Under the pieces are notes generated by a model. That model searched no databases and was not told the DNA's origin. It worked only from the letters and a program-made list of their open reading frames with translations. Position numbers and translations under genes: made by a program. Positions 62,015-64,000 of a stretch of 64,000 bases of DNA are shown here, piece after piece (positions within the stretch are counted from its first letter, which is position 1; every line of letters starts with the position of its first letter). This stretch comes from Pachysolen tannophilus NRRL Y-2460 (taxonomy: Eukaryota), in NCBI GenBank assembly GCA_001661245.1, contig KV454011.1, positions 2,099,271 through 2,163,270 on the forward strand, read 5' to 3'.

Positions 62015-63574
62015 TTACCATTCAAGATTTTGTGCCCATTTGACAGATTTTGATTTATTTTTCTTCAATTCTGAAACCTGTATTTCATCTTTTACACCAA
62101 GTATCTTAGTTTCCTTTAATGTTGGGAACTGATTTTCTTTATCTTGAGAAATTGCATTTGGATTTTGAACTTTTGAAATATATTTTTTAAAATCTTGTTC
62201 ATTGTAAAATCCAATTGTCATTTTTTCATTAAATTTTAATTTTGAAAAAGAATTTGTTGTTGATAATGCTTTCACATTTATAGCTCTTATAATGGCAGCC
62301 TTATGTGTTACATTTGCATTATTTGTTGGTATGGTGACCAATTCTTTTACTGACTCTGGTAATGGAACTCCTTCACTATTTTGAGAATTAATTTCAGTAC
62401 CAAACCTTGTTGCATCTTTCACATTACCTGTTGAAGCATCAACTATTAAATTTAATAAATTTTTGCATTCTTTTAATGCTGGTTTTAAAGGTTTGATTTG
62501 TTTCTTAGGAGAACATATTCTCTTTGGAGATTTCAATATACGACTATATTGATCAGGATTAAGTCTTGTTGATTTTTTCAAAGTTTGCTTATATAAAGAA
62601 ATTGGTTTATATTTTGATGATAATGATGAACTTATGGTTGTTGTTTTGATTGGATCATGATGTATTTGAATGATATTATTGAATCTTGTAGTTGCTGATG
62701 ATTTTGAGGAACAACGAATTGGAATCTTACTTTCATAAGTTGTTGCTATATTATTACTGGAATGAGGTAAAGATGGTAAAGGTATGGTTGGTGGTTTATT
62801 GGAAGAAACTTTTGATGGAAATTTTAAAGGCCCATTCAATTTTTCATAAGCTGTTATTGCTGAATTTTTTTCAATATTTGGTATTTTCTTTCCTGTATCA
62901 GGAAGTATTACATCGATATCCATACTATCATCAGAATTTTGAGATATCTTATCATCAATTTCTTGTTCTTGTTCTTGTTGTGATTTATCATTTTTTTTAA
63001 TAAATTCTTCAAAATCAAATGACATATTCAGTTGAAGCTCTTCATTATCATCCAACAGGATCTCATCATTTGCTCTGACTTTGCAATCGATTTCATTAAT
63101 TTCATCGATAGACAAATTACTCACCATACTATCCAATTCAACATCTATCATTTCTTCTTTAGGAGAAGAATGTGCTTGTTTCTCCAAATCACTAGTAGTT
63201 ATAATATCTTTGAAAAAATGGTGATTTTTTGAATTATTCACAGGGGTCCACCCATCCAAATATTGAATACTATACTCTTGAAAATTCAATCTATCTGCAC
63301 CCATTTGACAAGTATATTCATCCTCATCATCACGCATATATTCATCAGCTAAAAAATTATCTTCAAAATTATTCAAGTATGATGAATTCTTAATATGATC
63401 AAAATCATCTAGTATTGTTAAATCGTCATCGGACTTGGCGCTGTTATTAACCTCCACTTCGCTGGTCACTTGATAAAATGGGATAGACGATCTATTCAAG
63501 AAATTTTCCCATTCAACGGATACAATATCATTTTTACGTTTCTCAAATGATTGGAAAAAATTTGCAGTCATCAT
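62015..63574 (-). CDS. Hypothetical protein, acidic N-half and basic C-half, ending KSVKWAQNLEW
   Basis: 519-codon ORF; the C-terminal block IVDASTG...DATRFGTEIN looks like a conserved domain but I cannot name it with confidence. Confidence 0.8.
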   Translation of the reverse strand: MMTANFFQSFEKRKNDIVSVEWENFLNRSSIPFYQVTSEVEVNNSAKSDDDLTILDDFDHIKNSSYLNNFEDNFLADEYMRDDEDEYTCQMGADRLNFQEYSIQYLDGWTPVNNSKNHHFFKDIITTSDLEKQAHSSPKEEMIDVELDSMVSNLSIDEINEIDCKVRANDEILLDDNEELQLNMSFDFEEFIKKNDKSQQEQEQEIDDKISQNSDDSMDIDVILPDTGKKIPNIEKNSAITAYEKLNGPLKFPSKVSSNKPPTIPLPSLPHSSNNIATTYESKIPIRCSSKSSATTRFNNIIQIHHDPIKTTTISSSLSSKYKPISLYKQTLKKSTRLNPDQYSRILKSPKRICSPKKQIKPLKPALKECKNLLNLIVDASTGNVKDATRFGTEINSQNSEGVPLPESVKELVTIPTNNANVTHKAAIIRAINVKALSTTNSFSKLKFNEKMTIGFYNEQDFKKYISKVQNPNAISQDKENQFPTLKETKILGVKDEIQVSELKKNKSKSVKWAQNLEW

Positions 63575-64000
63575 TTGCTAATTTGGGAAAAAATAAAATG
63601 AAATAAAATAAAATAAAATAAAATAAAATAAAATAAAACAAATCTCTGGATAGCAAAAAATAATAATAACAACAACAACACGCTATAATGAATTAAATAG
63701 CTAAACTTTTAAACTGTTTATTTCAAGTTTAAAAGGTTCTTTCTTCTTTTCTTTTGCGTGTAGCAACCGCAAATGATTTGCAACTTGAAAAATCCGTTTA
63801 ATTGATTAATTATATGAATAAAGGAAATAGTCACCTTCTAAAAAAGAGAAAATGCACATGAAAACTATCTATCAATTATAAACTTGGTTGTTTACTCTAA
63901 TGTTTTCCCAACTAAACCGTTGTTGTATTTCCTAATTGGGAAACAAGTCAACAGTGCGCCACTCTAATGTACTAAACAGGAAATACTATGAGCAAAAAAA

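Overview
AT-rich, gene-dense chromosome segment of a budding yeast (Saccharomycotina). It holds about 30 protein-coding genes, five spliceosomal introns that I could reconstruct by hand, and one assembly gap (9533-10004). No rRNA, complete tRNA, transposon or CRISPR array was seen. Recognisable genes include ARC1 (5' end), DOM34, a VPS73-like transporter, ARP7, HTS1, BNA2, AHA1, SOD2, DPM2, PKH3, MIX23, HNT1, CDC48, IDH2, ADE8, PUP1, TRS120, EF-2, PKC1, SEA4, NTO1, RTG3, SFT2, ZRC1/COT1 and a KRE2/KTR mannosyltransferase, plus several orphan ORFs. The strongest signal is that in-frame CTG codons repeatedly fall at positions where homologues have Ala. This indicates the CUG=Ala code (NCBI table 26, Pachysolen-type yeasts), so the supplied ORF track probably mistranslates CTG as Leu. 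This code is already described, not new. Other notable items: NTO1 split by a -1 frameshift at an A7 run in slippery-site phase; a cryptic coding-like minus-strand fragment after PKH3; a GU-compatible 23-bp inverted repeat in the PUP1/TRS120 promoter; a G-quadruplex motif upstream of SOD2; and a GGCGG motif island upstream of ZRC1. Gene names rest on my recall of family motifs and gene order, not on database searches.
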